64,000 bases of DNA, from NCBI RefSeq assembly GCF_018977255.1, contig NW_024704743.1, positions 1-64,000 on the forward strand, given 5' to 3'. This stretch comes from Callorhinchus milii (lineage: Eukaryota). Positions 12,601-25,568 of the stretch are shown here, piece by piece. A model generated the notes under the pieces. It made no database searches, was not told the origin of the DNA, and saw nothing but the letters and a program-made list of their open reading frames with translations. The translations under genes and the position numbers were made by a program. Positions within the stretch are counted from its first letter, which is position 1, and each line of letters starts with the position of its first letter.

Positions 12601-12879
12601 TCCGCCTCAGCTCCCGTTAACCCCACAGCCAAAACGGGGAGGGGGGGGGGTCCTAGCTGGACAAGCGGCCGGAGAACCGCACGTGAAGAGGGTCTCGGGA
12701 GGATTTTATTGACACGGAGAGTGGTTAGGAGGCGCAATGTGCTGCCGGGAGTGGCGGTCGACGCAGAAGTCGGGTTAAGCTTTCAGGAGGGGACGAGGTA
12801 GAGATCTGAGGAGAGACAGCGACTGACATAGGGGCGTTTGAGAGGTGAGTGAGGGCAGGTGTAAAGGGGGGGGGGGGGG
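9634..12879. repeat. Right arm of the long inverted duplication (may extend to ~13063 if the left arm continues outside the window)
   Basis: Reverse complement of 1-3230; begins at a G-run around 9641-9670. Confidence 0.97.
10482..10967 (+). CDS. wnt9a: Wnt-9a last coding exon, right copy, intact (486 nt, phase 0 to stop)
   Basis: Acceptor ctctcgcAG at 10480-10481. Uninterrupted [28 protein letters not shown]...[47 protein letters not shown], including the [10 protein letters not shown] lipidation motif. Confidence 0.95.
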   Translation, partial: VIKSGVETTCKCHGVSGSCTVRTCWRQLLPFHEIGKLLKHKYEGSLKIGSARNEATGEGEMVASRKATATATALQHSHIPRTIDLVHIDDSPSFCRPNKYSPGTAARKCYKDKNCGSICCGRGHNTQSRVVTRACQCQVRWCCYVECKQCTQREEIYTCKV

Positions 12880-14316
12880 GGTTGATGCGGGAGGGAGGAC
12901 AAGGCAGGGCAATGGTACTGAAAGGTTGGCTCTGTCAAAGGCCACAGACGCAGACACGATGGGCCGAATGGCCTCCTTCTGGGCTGTCATTTGCGCTGTT
13001 TCTCTGTTATTTGTTGTCTTGTCACTTAAATCGACCGGAGATGCTGGTGCCTGGGGTGACAGACAGCATCTGTCGGGTCTGATTAAGTCCCTCGCGCTCT
13101 CAGAATTTCCCCTCCCTCACCCCCCTCCTCCACATCGGGAACTTTCAGCTCACATTAGCCACTAGGCTGACGTTCCAGTGTAGTAGTGGGGGGGGTGGGG
13201 GGTGGCGGGAAGAGTTGGGTCTGCGTCGAAGGAGGTGTCGTCCTTTGGATGAGACGTTAAACCAAAATCCCGTCTGTGCCCCGATCGGTCGGACGTTAAA
13301 GATCGTCGATGCTAATCCCGGGCTTCATTTTGGAAGCCAATTAATTGTGTGTTTTAAAAAGAAGAAGGAAGAGAACTTTGCCGACTAACAAACTAACGTT
13401 TGATCGAATCCTGCGTCGCCTTAAACCCTCGGGGCTGGGAGCTGGGGCAAGGTCGAATTCCGGGGGCTTCGGAGGAGGGAGGGAGGGAGGGGTGGGTGGG
13501 GAGGGGAGGGGTGGGGGGGCGGAAAGGCGAGACTTAGATGTGTTCGAGGGTTTGGTTGGTTCGAAGCTTCAGTCCGCGTGACAATCGCCTAACGTCGATC
13601 ATCTTAACATGTGGGATTTCTTAACGGGATTTCTCAACGAGAAACCCGAGTGACGTGGCTGGGGGTGTGCGTGTGTGCGCGCGTGTGTGTGTGTGTGAGG
13701 GGTGGTGGGGTGGGGTGGGGTGGGGGGGCGCGGGGGATAAGGGGGGTACTCTGTACTCCTAATTTCTAAAGTTCTGGAGGGAGGGAGCAAGAGAGAGAGA
13801 TGTTGGGATTGCACAGTCCTTCGGCACATCGCGCTCCGGGAATGAAAGTCGGGGAAAGTTGCGTGTGTGTGTGCGCGCGTGTGCGTGCGCGCGCGTGTGC
13901 GTGTGCGTGCGCGCGCGTGTGCGTGCGTGTTACGCGTGAGCGAGAACGATTTAAACCATCGCAAAGCAGGGACTCGAAATCCGAAGCAGAGAGAGGGGGG
14001 GAGTTAGCGACTGCCGTGGAGGTGTTGGAGAATCGAGTACTTATTGTACTTTTAACGATTTTAAAAATCCTTTTGGTCGCCCCCACACCCTCCTCCCCCC
14101 CCCCCCCACCGCGCCCCACCCCACCCCGCCCCACCCCAACCCCCCACCCCACTCCCACCACCCACCCTATGTAATGCCCAAATCAAGACACTCTGCCTTG
14201 TCATTAGAGAGACAGTAAGACGTAGAAGAAGATTCCTAAGGTGTGAGTTAGCGCGTGAAAGAGAGAGAGCGAGAGACGGAGTGAGCGCGTGTGAGAGAAT
14301 GAGTGCTGGTAAGTGT

Positions 14317-14353
<37 letters not shown>

Positions 14354-16019
14354 AGTGTGTTTGGGACGTCCTCCCGACGTGAAAGGCGTTATCCAAGTGT
14401 AATTTGTTGTCGTCGAATGTGTGGTGTGTGTGTGGGAGAGACGGGAGGGAGAGCGTGTGTGTGTGTGTGCGCGCGATTTGTGAGTGAGAGAGTGAGTGAG
14501 TATTGCGAGAGGATGATCGCGCGTGAGAGAGAGAGAGAGAGAGAGAGGAAAAGAGAGGGCGACGAGAGCCAGAAAGGAAGTGAGTCTGAATGCGGAGGAG
14601 AGAGTGAGTGTGCGAGCGAGCGAGCGAGCGAGCGAGAAAGAGAGAGGGGTCATTTAAGCAAATCCTCGCACTGAATTTCCTGTAATTATTTAAATATATT
14701 GTACTATTTAATATGGATATTTTGCTCTTGTAAATTGTAAATACTGAGGTTCTCTTGTGCTCCTGTGGTAACAGATATATTAGTAAATCAGGCACATATA
14801 TACTTTATACCGACAGAAAGGAGTGCAAGGACCGCCGTCCCACCATCTCGCTCGGGTGGCACTAACTTAACCTCTGGATGAGATTCCAGCCAGTATCTCA
14901 CTCTGTGGTGTGGGTGGGAGTGAGGGGTGGGGAGGGTGTTATTCTGTCCGCATGTACTTCCCCAACACCCCCCCCCACCCCCCACTGCTCACCCAACCCC
15001 CCCCCCCCCTTCCTCCCCCTCCCTGGGTTAGATTGCAATCCGTGACTCCCACCATCACCAAATCGGTGCTTTCCGCCCATCTCCGAACCCCTCCCCAGAT
15101 TGCCCACCCGACTTTTCCCTTCCTTAAGCCCCCACACCCACACCATTCTACCCCACCCCCTCCCACCGACCCACCCACCCACCCACTCACCCACCCTCCG
15201 CCCACCCCCGTCACGAAGCCCGTCTGGTTCTCCCAAACGAGTCCAGGCCCACGACCACCCTTCCTTGGTTACCGTCCATTAATTCCCCCCCCCCCCCCCA
15301 CCCCAACCCCGGGTAAAGAAATATTTCCTGATGCCCGCCCTGAAATTAACAATAATAATAATTAACAGGCGTTAATCAATGAATTGATCGAAAGTGACCA
15401 ATTTATGATGATTATCTTTCTCTGAAGGGCTTATTGCCCCCCGGGGAAAGCGACCCGGCACTCGACCGTAAACAGCCGGGTTCCTACTCACTGCTGGAGG
15501 CGTGCGGAGTGAGGGAACTCGCCCGGGAATCGAACCCGGGCCCTCTCGCTCTAACCACTGAGCTACAGGACTCCAAATTGCCCCATTTCCTCTCGTCCTG
15601 CGGCCCTGACGTACCCGAGAGCATCGTCCTGTCTCTCAATACCCATCGGGACAAATGCCTGTCCTACTGTAATTGCCAGACACCCGCCCCAATTTGGTTG
15701 GATTTCCCTTCCAACGCCCCGAGGCCGGTCTGGCCCTAACCCCCCTCCCACCCGCCCGCCCTCCCGCCCACCCACCCGGCTTACGGTCCCATATAAACCA
15801 ACCCCCCCTCCCCCCCCTCCCCTTCATCCCAGCGAGAGTCCACCCGCGGAGAGACGAAGAGGTGGACCGCGACCCACTTGCGGTCGGTGGCGCCAACGAA
15901 TCCGATTACTTTTCACACGTATTGTTCGGGGGGGAGAGGGAGGGAAGGGAGGGAGGGAGGGAGGGGGAGTTTGGGAGTGGGGGGGGGGGTGGGGGGGTGG
16001 GGGGTTCATTGGCAAAGGA

Positions 16020-16320
16020 GAGATATATATAATATATATTAAAACAAAACAAAGTTAAACGAAGTTTAAAATCTGGAAGGTGTCCCAGAGTGAGTTTTGT
16101 TTGTTACTTGCACTCCTGAGGGTAACGCTACTCAGGTTACCTTACGTCACTCTCTCGTTGAGAGGCTAAATTATTTTTCTTCTCTACCTCATGTGTATAA
16201 GCTTGTAGGTATTTTCTCATACTCTCAGAGCCACTGTTGAGAATGTATTTTTAAGTTATTGACCACCTTTGTATAACAGCAACAAACAAAAAAAAAGCAA
16301 CAGAAATTTGGGAAATAAAG
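16020..16320 (+). promoter_or_regulatory. Probable distal 3'UTR block and polyadenylation signal of wnt9a
   Basis: AT-rich unique island with AATAAA (16314-16319), a let-7 8mer seed match CTACCTCA (16184-16191) and a miR-130/301 seed match TTGCACT (16108-16114). A similar AT-rich island lies at ~14650-14820. Function is inferred. Confidence 0.45.
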
Positions 16321-17557
16321 GAAATGGATGAACGTTTCGGCGCAGTATCTTTTCTCCTTCGACCTTCTCGCTCTCTCTCGTCCCGATACACATTCGCGGC
16401 GCCGGGGGGTGTGGGTCGCTGGAGCTCTCGACGCTTAACCCCATTCCCCTGCTCGCTCTCTCTCTCTCTCTCTCTCTCTTCACTCCCCCCCCCCTACCAC
16501 CCCCATCATCTCTGAGCTGGTGCTCACTCTCCACCCCCCCACCCCACTGCTAGTCTCATGTCCTCGACGGGATTTACCGTCAAGTGTAGTGACTGCGGGA
16601 GAACGCAGCAGCTAATTGGCACACAGGGAGGTCCCCGCGAACAGCCATTAAGTGACTGAGCCATTTTATCTGGGAGATTGTCGGCCAGGATCCCGGGAGA
16701 GAGGGGGAGAGAGAGAGAGAGAGAGAGAGAGAGGAACTCCCTTCCCTTTTCCAACCTCGGTTTAACGTCTCATCCGAAGGACAGCACCTCCGGCAATACA
16801 GCACCGCCCCCTTAGCGCTGTAGTGACTTGTCGGTTGTGTAACCTCACAACAAGCCCCTTTCCCTTGCACCCCGAGTGAGTCGTGCTCAAGCGGAGTGAC
16901 TGCGCGTAGCGGGTTAGTTAGCGCGCCCCTCGCGAGCGAGAGGACCCGGGTTCGATTCCCGGGCGGGTCAGGGCGAAACCTTGGGCCAGTTTCCTTCCTC
17001 CACACGTGCGCACACACGCACACACACACACACGCACACACACGCGCACACACACACACGCGCACACGCGCGCCTCTGTTTACCCAACAGTATGTAGGCA
17101 CTCGGTCATTAGTCGATTGGTGGATCGCTTTCCGGGGGGGGGAGGGGAGGGGGCGCGTGGGGTGTGTGTGTGTGTGTGTGTGTGGGGGGGGAAAGGGGGG
17201 GAATGGGGTACAACGATCCCTCCCCGAAAAAAAAAAATCGGTCACTCAATCCGCCGCTGTTTGTGGGGGAGGGCGAGCGTCAGTGAGAAGAAAAGGAACC
17301 CGCAGCCAAATTCCGCAAATTTTTATCCCGAAGTTCCTGAAGGAAGCGGCTGTTGATTACTGATCACTGTGCGAGAAAGTGAGGATGTCGGACACCGGCT
17401 CTCACACACAATTTATTCAGCTGCACTTGGGAGAGGAACCTGGGAATGCACCAACACGGTTTGGAAATGAAACGTGACCCTCGCGGCAGAAATGGCCTTA
17501 ACTTTAGGGAAGAGAGCGAGAGAGAGCGAGAGAGAGAGAGAGAGAGAGTGGTGGGCC

Positions 17558-17906
17558 TGACTCTCTCTCTCCCCCTAACTCTCTCTCTCCCCCTGACTCT
17601 CTCTCTCGGACTCTCTCTCTCTCCCCCTGACTCTCTCTCTCTCCCCTGACTCTCTCTCTCTCCCCCTGACTCTCTCTCTCCCCGACTCTCTCTCTCTCTC
17701 TCTCTCTCCCCTGACTCTCTCTCTCCCCTGACTCTCTCTCTCCCCCTGACTCTCTCTCCCCCTGACTCTCTCACTCTCCCCCTGACTCTCTCTCCCCCTG
17801 ACTCTCTCTCTCTCTCTCTCTCCCCTGACTCTCTCTCTCCCCCTGACTCTCACTCTCCCCCTGACTCTCTCTCCCCCTGACTCTCTCTCCCCCTGACTCT
17901 CTCTCT
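17558..17906. repeat. (CTGA-(CT)n-CCCC) compound minisatellite
   Basis: Visible 16-20 bp periodicity. Confidence 0.9.
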
Positions 17907-18206
17907 GTCGCTAATATTGTCCGCACGCCCCTCTGTGTGTGTTAAAGCCACGATTGTTCGTGCTGTGACTCAGCTGAGATTACGATCGCCGCACAAGTCA
18001 CCCACAGAGCAAACAATCCCTCTTTATTATATCTCAGCATCTCATTTACAATGGGCGGCTTCGACAGGAACCTTTAGCCGAGGTGTCAGCCTGCAATTAC
18101 ACAGTCACTACACTGGATAACAATACCCCTGTGCAGCGCTTTGAGACGATTTAACAATTAAGCGAGCGACAGAACACACACACACACACACACACACATA
18201 GAGTGG

Positions 18207-18231
18207 NNNNNNNNNNNNNNNNNNNNNNNNN
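18207..18231. other. Assembly gap (25 N)
   Basis: N run. Confidence 1.
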
Positions 18232-18299
18232 GGGGGGGGGGGGGGCGGGGGGTAGGGGGTAGGGGGTGGGGGAGAGAAAAGACAGACACGCAGACAGAC

Positions 18300-19146
18300 A
18301 GCGTAGAGGGAACTTTCCCCTCTGTCTCTAACCCCTGACCTGGGGAGTGTGGATGGACGCACGGGGTAGAGGGAGCGTTACTCCGTCTCTAACCCCTGAC
18401 CTGGGGAGCGTGGACGTACGGGGTAGAGGGAGCGTTACTCCGTCTCTAACCCTGACCTGGGGAGCGTGGACGGACGCACAGGGTAGAGGGAGCGTTACTC
18501 CGTCTCTAACCCCTGACCTGGGGAGCGTGGACGGACGCACGGTGTAGAGGGAGCGTTACTCCGTCTCTTACCCCTGACCTGGGGAGCGTGGACGGATGCA
18601 CGGGGTAGAGGGAGCGTTACTCCGTCTCTAACCCTGACCTGGGGAGCGTGGACGGACGCACGGTGCAGAGGGAGCGTTACTCCGTCTCTAACCCTGACCT
18701 GGGGAGCGTGGACGTACGGGGTAGAGGGAGCGTTACTCCGTCTCTAACCCTGACCTGGGGAGCGTGGATGGACGTACGGAGGTAGAGAGGCGTTACTCCG
18801 TCTCTAACCCTGACCTGGGGAGCGTGGACGGACGCACGGGTAGAGGAGCGTTACTCCGTCTCTAACCCCTGACCTGGGGAGCGTGGACGCACGGTGTAGA
18901 GGGAGCGTTACTCCGTCTCTAACCCCTGACCTGGGGAGCGTGGACGGACGCACGGTGCAGAGGGAGCGTTACTCCGTCTCTAACCTGACCTGGGAGTGTG
19001 GACGGACGCACGGTGCAGAGGGAGCGTTACTCCGTCTCTAACCCTGACCTGGGGAGCGTGGATGGACGTACGGGGTAGAGGGAGCGTTACTCCGTCTCTA
19101 ACCCTGACCTGGGGAGCGTGGACGGACGCACGGTGCAGAGGGAGCT
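18300..19146. repeat. ~60-bp tandem minisatellite, about 14 units
   Basis: Unit AACCCTGACCTGGGGAGCGTGGACGGACGCACGGTGTAGAGGGAGCGTTACTCCGTCTCT; a dispersed ~1.5-unit copy at ~3800-3890. Confidence 0.95.
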
Positions 19147-19387
19147 CCAGCTCAGTGTTGGGGGAGCGCACCATTATCAAAGCCACTGTCTTCGGGTGTC
19201 CATCTTCCCTGGTGGTGGGGGTGGGGGTGGGGGGGGGGGGGGGGGGGGGTCGCCTCGACCGACACCAGTCACTACACACAACGGGAATCACTTGTGAGGC
19301 GCTTTGCGAGCGTGTGCCGAGCCATCCTCCGCTAGAAAGAGAAATGGACGACTCAACGGCCAACCCCACCGCAGCAACCCCGAGTAA

Positions 19388-20225
19388 ACACTCACTCACT
19401 CACTCACTCACTCACTCACTCACTCACTCACTCACTCACTCACTCACTCACTCACTCACTCACACATACTCTGTCACCCTCACACTCACTCATTGACATG
19501 GTTACTCACACACACACTCACTCACACACACACACGTTGTCTCGTTCACAATCGCATTCACTCTGACTCACTCACTCATCCATATTCACTCACACACTCA
19601 CTCCAATTTACACTCACTCACACCCCCCCCCACCCACTCAGACTCATACGCAAACTCCCACATACCCGCCCACACCCTCTCACCTACACGCACACACACA
19701 CACACACTCACACACACTCGCACACACACACACACTCACACACACTCGCAACTACTCTCTCACACATTGACACTCACGGTCTCACCCTTTCTCTCACACA
19801 GACTCTCTCGCGCACACGCACCCTGTCACACGCACACTCTGACACAACTCGCGCTCTCACACGTACGCACGCTCCGTCGCACACACTCTCTCACTCACAC
19901 ACACACACGCACACACTCTCTTTCTCACACACGCACACGCGCGCGCTCTGTCACACACGCGCTCACACACGCGCTCACACACACTCGCGCTCTCACACGT
20001 ACGCACGCTCCGTCACACACACGCTCTCACTCACACACGCACACTCGCTCTCTCACACGTACGCACGCTCCGTCACACACACTCTCTCACTCACACACAC
20101 ACACCACACTCTACAACACACACACACACACCACACACACACACGCTCTCTCACTCACTCACACACAAACACACACACACACGCTCTCTCACACGTACGC
20201 ACGCTCCGTCACACACACTCTCTCA

Positions 20226-20256
<31 letters not shown>

Positions 20257-20850
20257 CACACACACACACGCTCTCTCACACGGGAGAGAAAGTAGGGGAG
20301 AGAGAGAGTGTGAGACGTAGAGAGAGAGAGAGAGAGAGACAGAATGAGAGAGACGGAGTGAGAGAGAGAGACAGAGAGGGAGAGAGACAGAGCGAGACAG
20401 AGAGGGAGAGAGAGACAGAGCGAGACAGAGAGGGAGAGAGAGACAGAGCGAGACAGAGAGGGAGAGAGAGACAGAGCGAGACAGAGAGGGAGAGAGACAG
20501 AGCGAGACAGAGAGGGAGAGAGACAGAGCGAGACAGAGAGGGAGAGAGAGACAGAGCGAGACAGAGAGGGAGAGAGACAGAGCGAGACAGAGAGGGAGAG
20601 AGAGACAGAGCGAGACAGAGAGGGAGAGAGACAGAGCGAGAAACACACACAACACACACACACACAGAGGGGGGTAGAGAGAGAGAGAGCGCGAGACATA
20701 GAGAGAGAGAGAGTGAGTCAGACAGAGAGATACACACACTGTGGGGGTGGTGTGGGGGGAGAAGAGAGAGAGTGTGAGACAGAGAGTGAGAGCGAGAGAG
20801 AGAGAGAGAGCGAGAGACACACACACACACACAGAGGGAAAGAGAGAGCG
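19388..20850. repeat. Compound low-complexity block: (CACT)n, CA-rich, then a GA-rich 24-28 bp unit
   Basis: Direct inspection; unit GAGACAGAGCGAGACAGAGAGGGAGA at 20370-20640. Confidence 0.9.
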
Positions 20851-21031
20851 TCAAATCCGACGAAGTGTCTCAAACCCCTTCACGCAGTGAGTGAGTTATC
20901 CTGGGGTTAAATTGGGAGTTGGGCTGTGCTAACGAACACATAGTTGAAACCTGCTGCTGATCCTTTTGATAGCGGTGAGCGAGCGACTGATTTTATCTGG
21001 GGGATTGTTGGCCCGAGAGGGAGAGAGCGAG

Positions 21032-21062
<31 letters not shown>

Positions 21063-21182
21063 GAACTCGCTTCTCTTCTCTGATAAGAGTCACGCAATCA
21101 TTAACGACCGCCTGAACAGGGCACGGACGGGGAGCGAGGTTTAACTTCTCATCCGAAGGACGGCGTCTCTGACAACACGTCG

Positions 21183-21219
<37 letters not shown>

Positions 21220-21735
21220 TCCCTCCAGCGCTGCTCCCGGAGGGAGTGAGGGAGGGAGGGAGGGAGGGATAGGGAGTGAAGTGAGAGTAAAAAGGAGTAA
21301 CGGAGGAAGGGATCACAACAAGAACTCCTCGCGTTCGACGCAGCGCCGCGTCACGTCGTCGCGGCGTCTCAAGGCGCGTCGCAGAGTGCGCCGCACTGCA
21401 CGGTGCAGTGACTGTGCGTTTCGTGGGCGAAACGCGGCAGGCAATTTGCGCACAGCGGCGTTCCCCGCCCACACCAACAGTCGGGAACAAGAGGGACCAA
21501 ATTTTATTTGGAGGGGTTATTTGGAGGGGTTATTACCCCCGGAAAGCAATCCGCCAATCAACTGCTGACCGGGTTTCCTACCTACTGTTGGGCAAACGTG
21601 TGGCGGGTGGGGTGAGGAAACTTGCCCAAGGTTTTGCCAACCTCCTGTCTCGGAGGTGAGGGCGAGGAACCGACTGAACCGGGCTGTGACACGGGGAGAG
21701 AGCGATAGAGAGATAGAGCGTGAACAGAGCATGAA

Positions 21736-21769
<34 letters not shown>

Positions 21770-22061
21770 GTGATAGAGGGAGAGATGGATTAATAGAGAG
21801 ACGGGGAGATGGAATGATGGAGAGGAGAGCCGGGGGGGGGGGGGGAGAGACAAGAGAGGGCGAGAGAGAGTGGGAGAGGGAGAAAGAGAGAGAGCGAGAG
21901 ATGGAGAGAGGAGTGGGGGTGGAGGGGCGCGCGGGGGGGGAGAAGGAAAGAGGTGGGAGAAGAGAGAGAGAGAGAGAGAGAGAAAGAGGGGGCGAGAAGG
22001 GGGCGTGCAGCGAGAGAGATGTGGGGGAGTGCGAGGAAGCGATAGAGAGGGGGGAGAGAGA

Positions 22062-22096
<35 letters not shown>

Positions 22097-22549
22097 GAGG
22101 CGAGAGAGAAAGAGGAGTGGGGGAGAAAGAGAAAGAGAGAGAGAGGAGAGAGAGGAGAGAGAGAATCTTGGCAACGGGGGGCGGGGGGGGGGAAATCGAG
22201 AGGCTCTCTGCGTCTTTACCCCGGAGCTCAATAAGACACGACGCTGGGGCAAAGAGAGCGAGAGCGCGAGAGAGAGAGAGAGAGAGAGCGCGCGCGAGAG
22301 AGAGAGAGAGCGAGAGCGAGAGAGAGAGAGAGAGAGAGAGAGCAATTAGGCTCACAGCGCAGCCCTGAGGTATCTGTCCCCATTCACCTCCCAGTAACAC
22401 ATGGCACACAGACTGTGGAACAATTTACACCGTGTCTCGCTGACCAGCCTTCCCCACCAGCAAGTGGTTCGCAAAGCTCAGAGCGGCCCCTGCGGTCATA
22501 GCTTGGCTCTCGCCCCAGATCCACAGGTGCTGATGGGACCCAGGCAACG

Positions 22550-23000
22550 AGAGAGAGAGAGAGAGGGAGAGAGAGGGAGGGAGGGAGAGAGCGGGGAGGT
22601 TGGGGGGTTTGTGGAGAGAGAGGGAGGATGAGGGAAACAAGGAGGGAGAGAGAGAGAGAGAGAGAGAGAGTGAGCGAGGGAGAGGGTAGGGGGTAATGAG
22701 AGAGAGAGAGAGAGAGAGAGGGGGAGGGAGGGAGGGAGAGCGCGGGGAGGTTGGGGGGTTTGTGGAGAGAGAGGGAGGATGAGGGAAACAAGGAGTGAGC
22801 GAGAGAGAGAGAGAGAGTGAGCGAGGGAGAGGGTAGGAGGTAATGAGAGAGAGAGAGAGAGAGAGGGAGGGAGGGAGGGAGGGAGGGAGAGAGCGGGGAG
22901 GTTGGGGGGTTTGTGGAGAGAGGGAGGATGAGGGAAACAAGGAGGGAGAGAGAGAGAGAGAGAGAGTGAGCGAGGGAGAGGGTAGGGGGTAATGAGAGAG
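22550..23000. repeat. Three tandem purine-rich units of ~150 bp
   Basis: GCGGGGAGGTTGGGGGGTTTGTGGAGAG...GGATGAGGGAAACAAGGAG...GGGTAATGAGAG occurs three times. Confidence 0.9.
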
Positions 23001-24047
23001 TGAGAGAGGGAGGAAGGGAGGAATGAGAGAAGAGAGGGAGAGGGTAGAGAAGGGGGGAGAGGGAGGGAGAGAGGGAATGAGAGTGGGGGGGAGAAAGGGA
23101 GAAGGTGAGAGGGAGGGAGGGAGGGAGGGAGAGGAGGGAGGAAGGGAGGGGGAGAGGGAGAGGGAGTGAATGAGGTAATTCAGAGCACATGAACTGTCTG
23201 GATTTTTGTTGCTCAGTAAAATAAAACCATTTGCTGTTCCAAGTGTTAGTATTTTTCCTTCTTGTTTACAGTTGTTTACCTTCGCACCACAGGGGATACA
23301 CACACACACACACACACACATACACATACACGCATATATACACACGTGCACACACATGCACACACACACACACACATACACGACACACATACACATGCGC
23401 ATACATACATACATACATACATAAACATGTACACACACACACACATATACACACACACATGCATACACACACACGCATATATGCACATACACAGATCCAC
23501 CCGCATACATACGTACACACGCATACATACACATACACACGTACACGCACGCATACATACAACATACATACACATCCTTCCATGGAGTCCTGCAGTTGGA
23601 ACCCGGGCTTGATTCCCGCGCGCAATTGGCCGCCGCGTTTGGCCCACAAAGCGCACAGTCACTCCATTTCAAAGCGGATCCCGCGAAGCGCTTTGCGACG
23701 TCCTTCTGACGGGATGAGGCCCCTGTACCCAACGGAAGGATTATTATCATTAGTGACGCGAGAAAGGAAGACGGGCAGAAAGCGAGGAGGCAAAGGAAGA
23801 TTGATGGGAGGGGGCGGGGGCGGGGCGGGGCGGGGCGGGGGATGGATAGACCCTCCGATGATTGGACAAAGTCGTGGAACAGGCTTGGTGGCTGAATGGC
23901 CTCCTCCTGATCCTGGAATGAGAAGCCTTGGGGGGAGGCGTTGGCGGTGATGGTTGGAGGAGGCGACGGGCGCTGAACAGGTGTATTTGGGAAGAGGTGA
24001 GATTGGGAACTTTCGTAAGGGCACAGCCACTCAATGCACAGTGGAAT

Positions 24048-24063
24048 AGCGCCACCTAGTGAT
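24048..24063 (-). promoter_or_regulatory. Candidate CTCF binding site
   Basis: GCGCCACCTAGTGA matches the reverse CTCF core GCGCCMYCTRGTGG at all but the last base; unique sequence. Confidence 0.5.
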
Positions 24064-25568
24064 GACACCGAGCTCGGCTTCCCCCCACACCTGCCCCCCC
24101 ACCCCCACCCCACCACACACCTGCCCGACCCCACCCCACACCCGTCCCCCGCTCGCCCGTTATCGTCCTCGCCAGGGGTTATAATAATAATAATCCTGGC
24201 ACTTGATATAGCGCCTCATCACGCCTTCGAGACGTCTCAAAGCGCTTCCCAGAACATGCTCGACCGCGCAGTGACTGTGCATTTTTGCGGGCGAAACGCG
24301 GCAGCCGACTGCGCACCATCTTCAGGGGCAAACCCCACGTGGACTCTCCGCTCCTCCGCTGCCGGCCTGGCTCAGTCGCTCACAGTTTCGCCTCTGAGTC
24401 CAGAAGGTTGTGGGTTCAAGCCCCACTTCAGGGCTGTGAAGCCACGTGGCCTCCAGCCCACAGTTTGGGTGGGAACCACAGGAATTCACAGCGCAGAGAA
24501 AGGCCATTCGACCCATCGTGTCTGTGCTGCTCAATCCTGGTTTCAGTCCTGGTGACCTGCTCTTTCCCCACATCGCTGTCGTTTACTCCTCTTCGGGTCT
24601 CATTGCTGTAGATGGAGGCCTCACCTCGCAAGCGAGAGGACCCGGGTTCGATTCCCGGGCGGGACGGGGGCCAAACCTCCGTCAAGTTTCCTTACTCCAC
24701 GCGCGCACGCGGGCCTGTTTACCAGCAGTAAGCAGGAGCCGGGTTCTTAGTCGATTGCTGGATCCCTTTCCGGGGCTAACAAGGCCCCATACATGTGTGT
24801 AAAAAAAAAATCGGTCAACCAATTCACGAGCGGGTTGTGCGCGGACGCATCGGCTGCCGCGTTTCGCCCCGAAAGGCACGGTCGAGCCACTTCAACGACG
24901 TGTTGAGTGGCTGTACCAAGTACAAGGCTTCTTTACCCGATACGTGAATGTACAGCTTCTCGTCCCCTTCTGAAAGCCAACACGGATTCGGCGTAACCAC
25001 CGCGTCCGGCGGTGCCTTCCGTGCCCGGACCGCTTTGCGTGTCAAAGCATTTCTCCCAACCTTCCCCGTCCGTCAGTTCCCTAAAAGCATCCACAACACA
25101 CGACATTTACACGGCTCCCTTCACGCCGGGAGGACGTTCCCCCCCCCCGAAGGAGGGGGTGGAGGGCATGGGGAGGGGGGGGAGGGTGGGGCATAGGAGG
25201 GTGACCAAGAGCACGGTCGAAGAGGAGGGTCTTGAACGAAACGAGTCTGAACCTCCCCTGCCCTCCCACCGTCCACAAACAGTCGTGGATTGAGTTATTA
25301 TTATTATTATTATTTTCTTTGAAGGGACTATTACCCCCCACCTCCCACCCCGGATCCGCCAACCGACGAAACAACCGGGTATCCCACTGACTGCCGGGTA
25401 AACAGAGGCGTGTGCGTGCGCGTGCGCGGAGCGAGGCAACTCGTCTAAGGCTGGGAACCGAACCCGGGTCCCCTCGCTGGCGAGGCGAGGGCTCTAACCT
25501 CCGCGCCACCGGATTCAGGGACAGAATGGGCCTCTCTGATGCCTGAACAGTTCACGGCGGGACGAAGG

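Noticed and set aside
18300..19146. CRISPR-like array
   Set aside because: Units repeat end to end with no unique spacers; eukaryotic context and no cas genes.
19493..24134. Long ORFs of 200-570 aa (also 27221-28900, 34553-35305, 59497-60617)
   Set aside because: These are translations of micro/minisatellites (RE, SL, TH, CV repeats).
24885..24912. Hairpin AGCCACT(T)CAAC/GTTGAGTGGCT as a pre-miRNA
   Set aside because: Too short and continuous with a decayed SINE tail.
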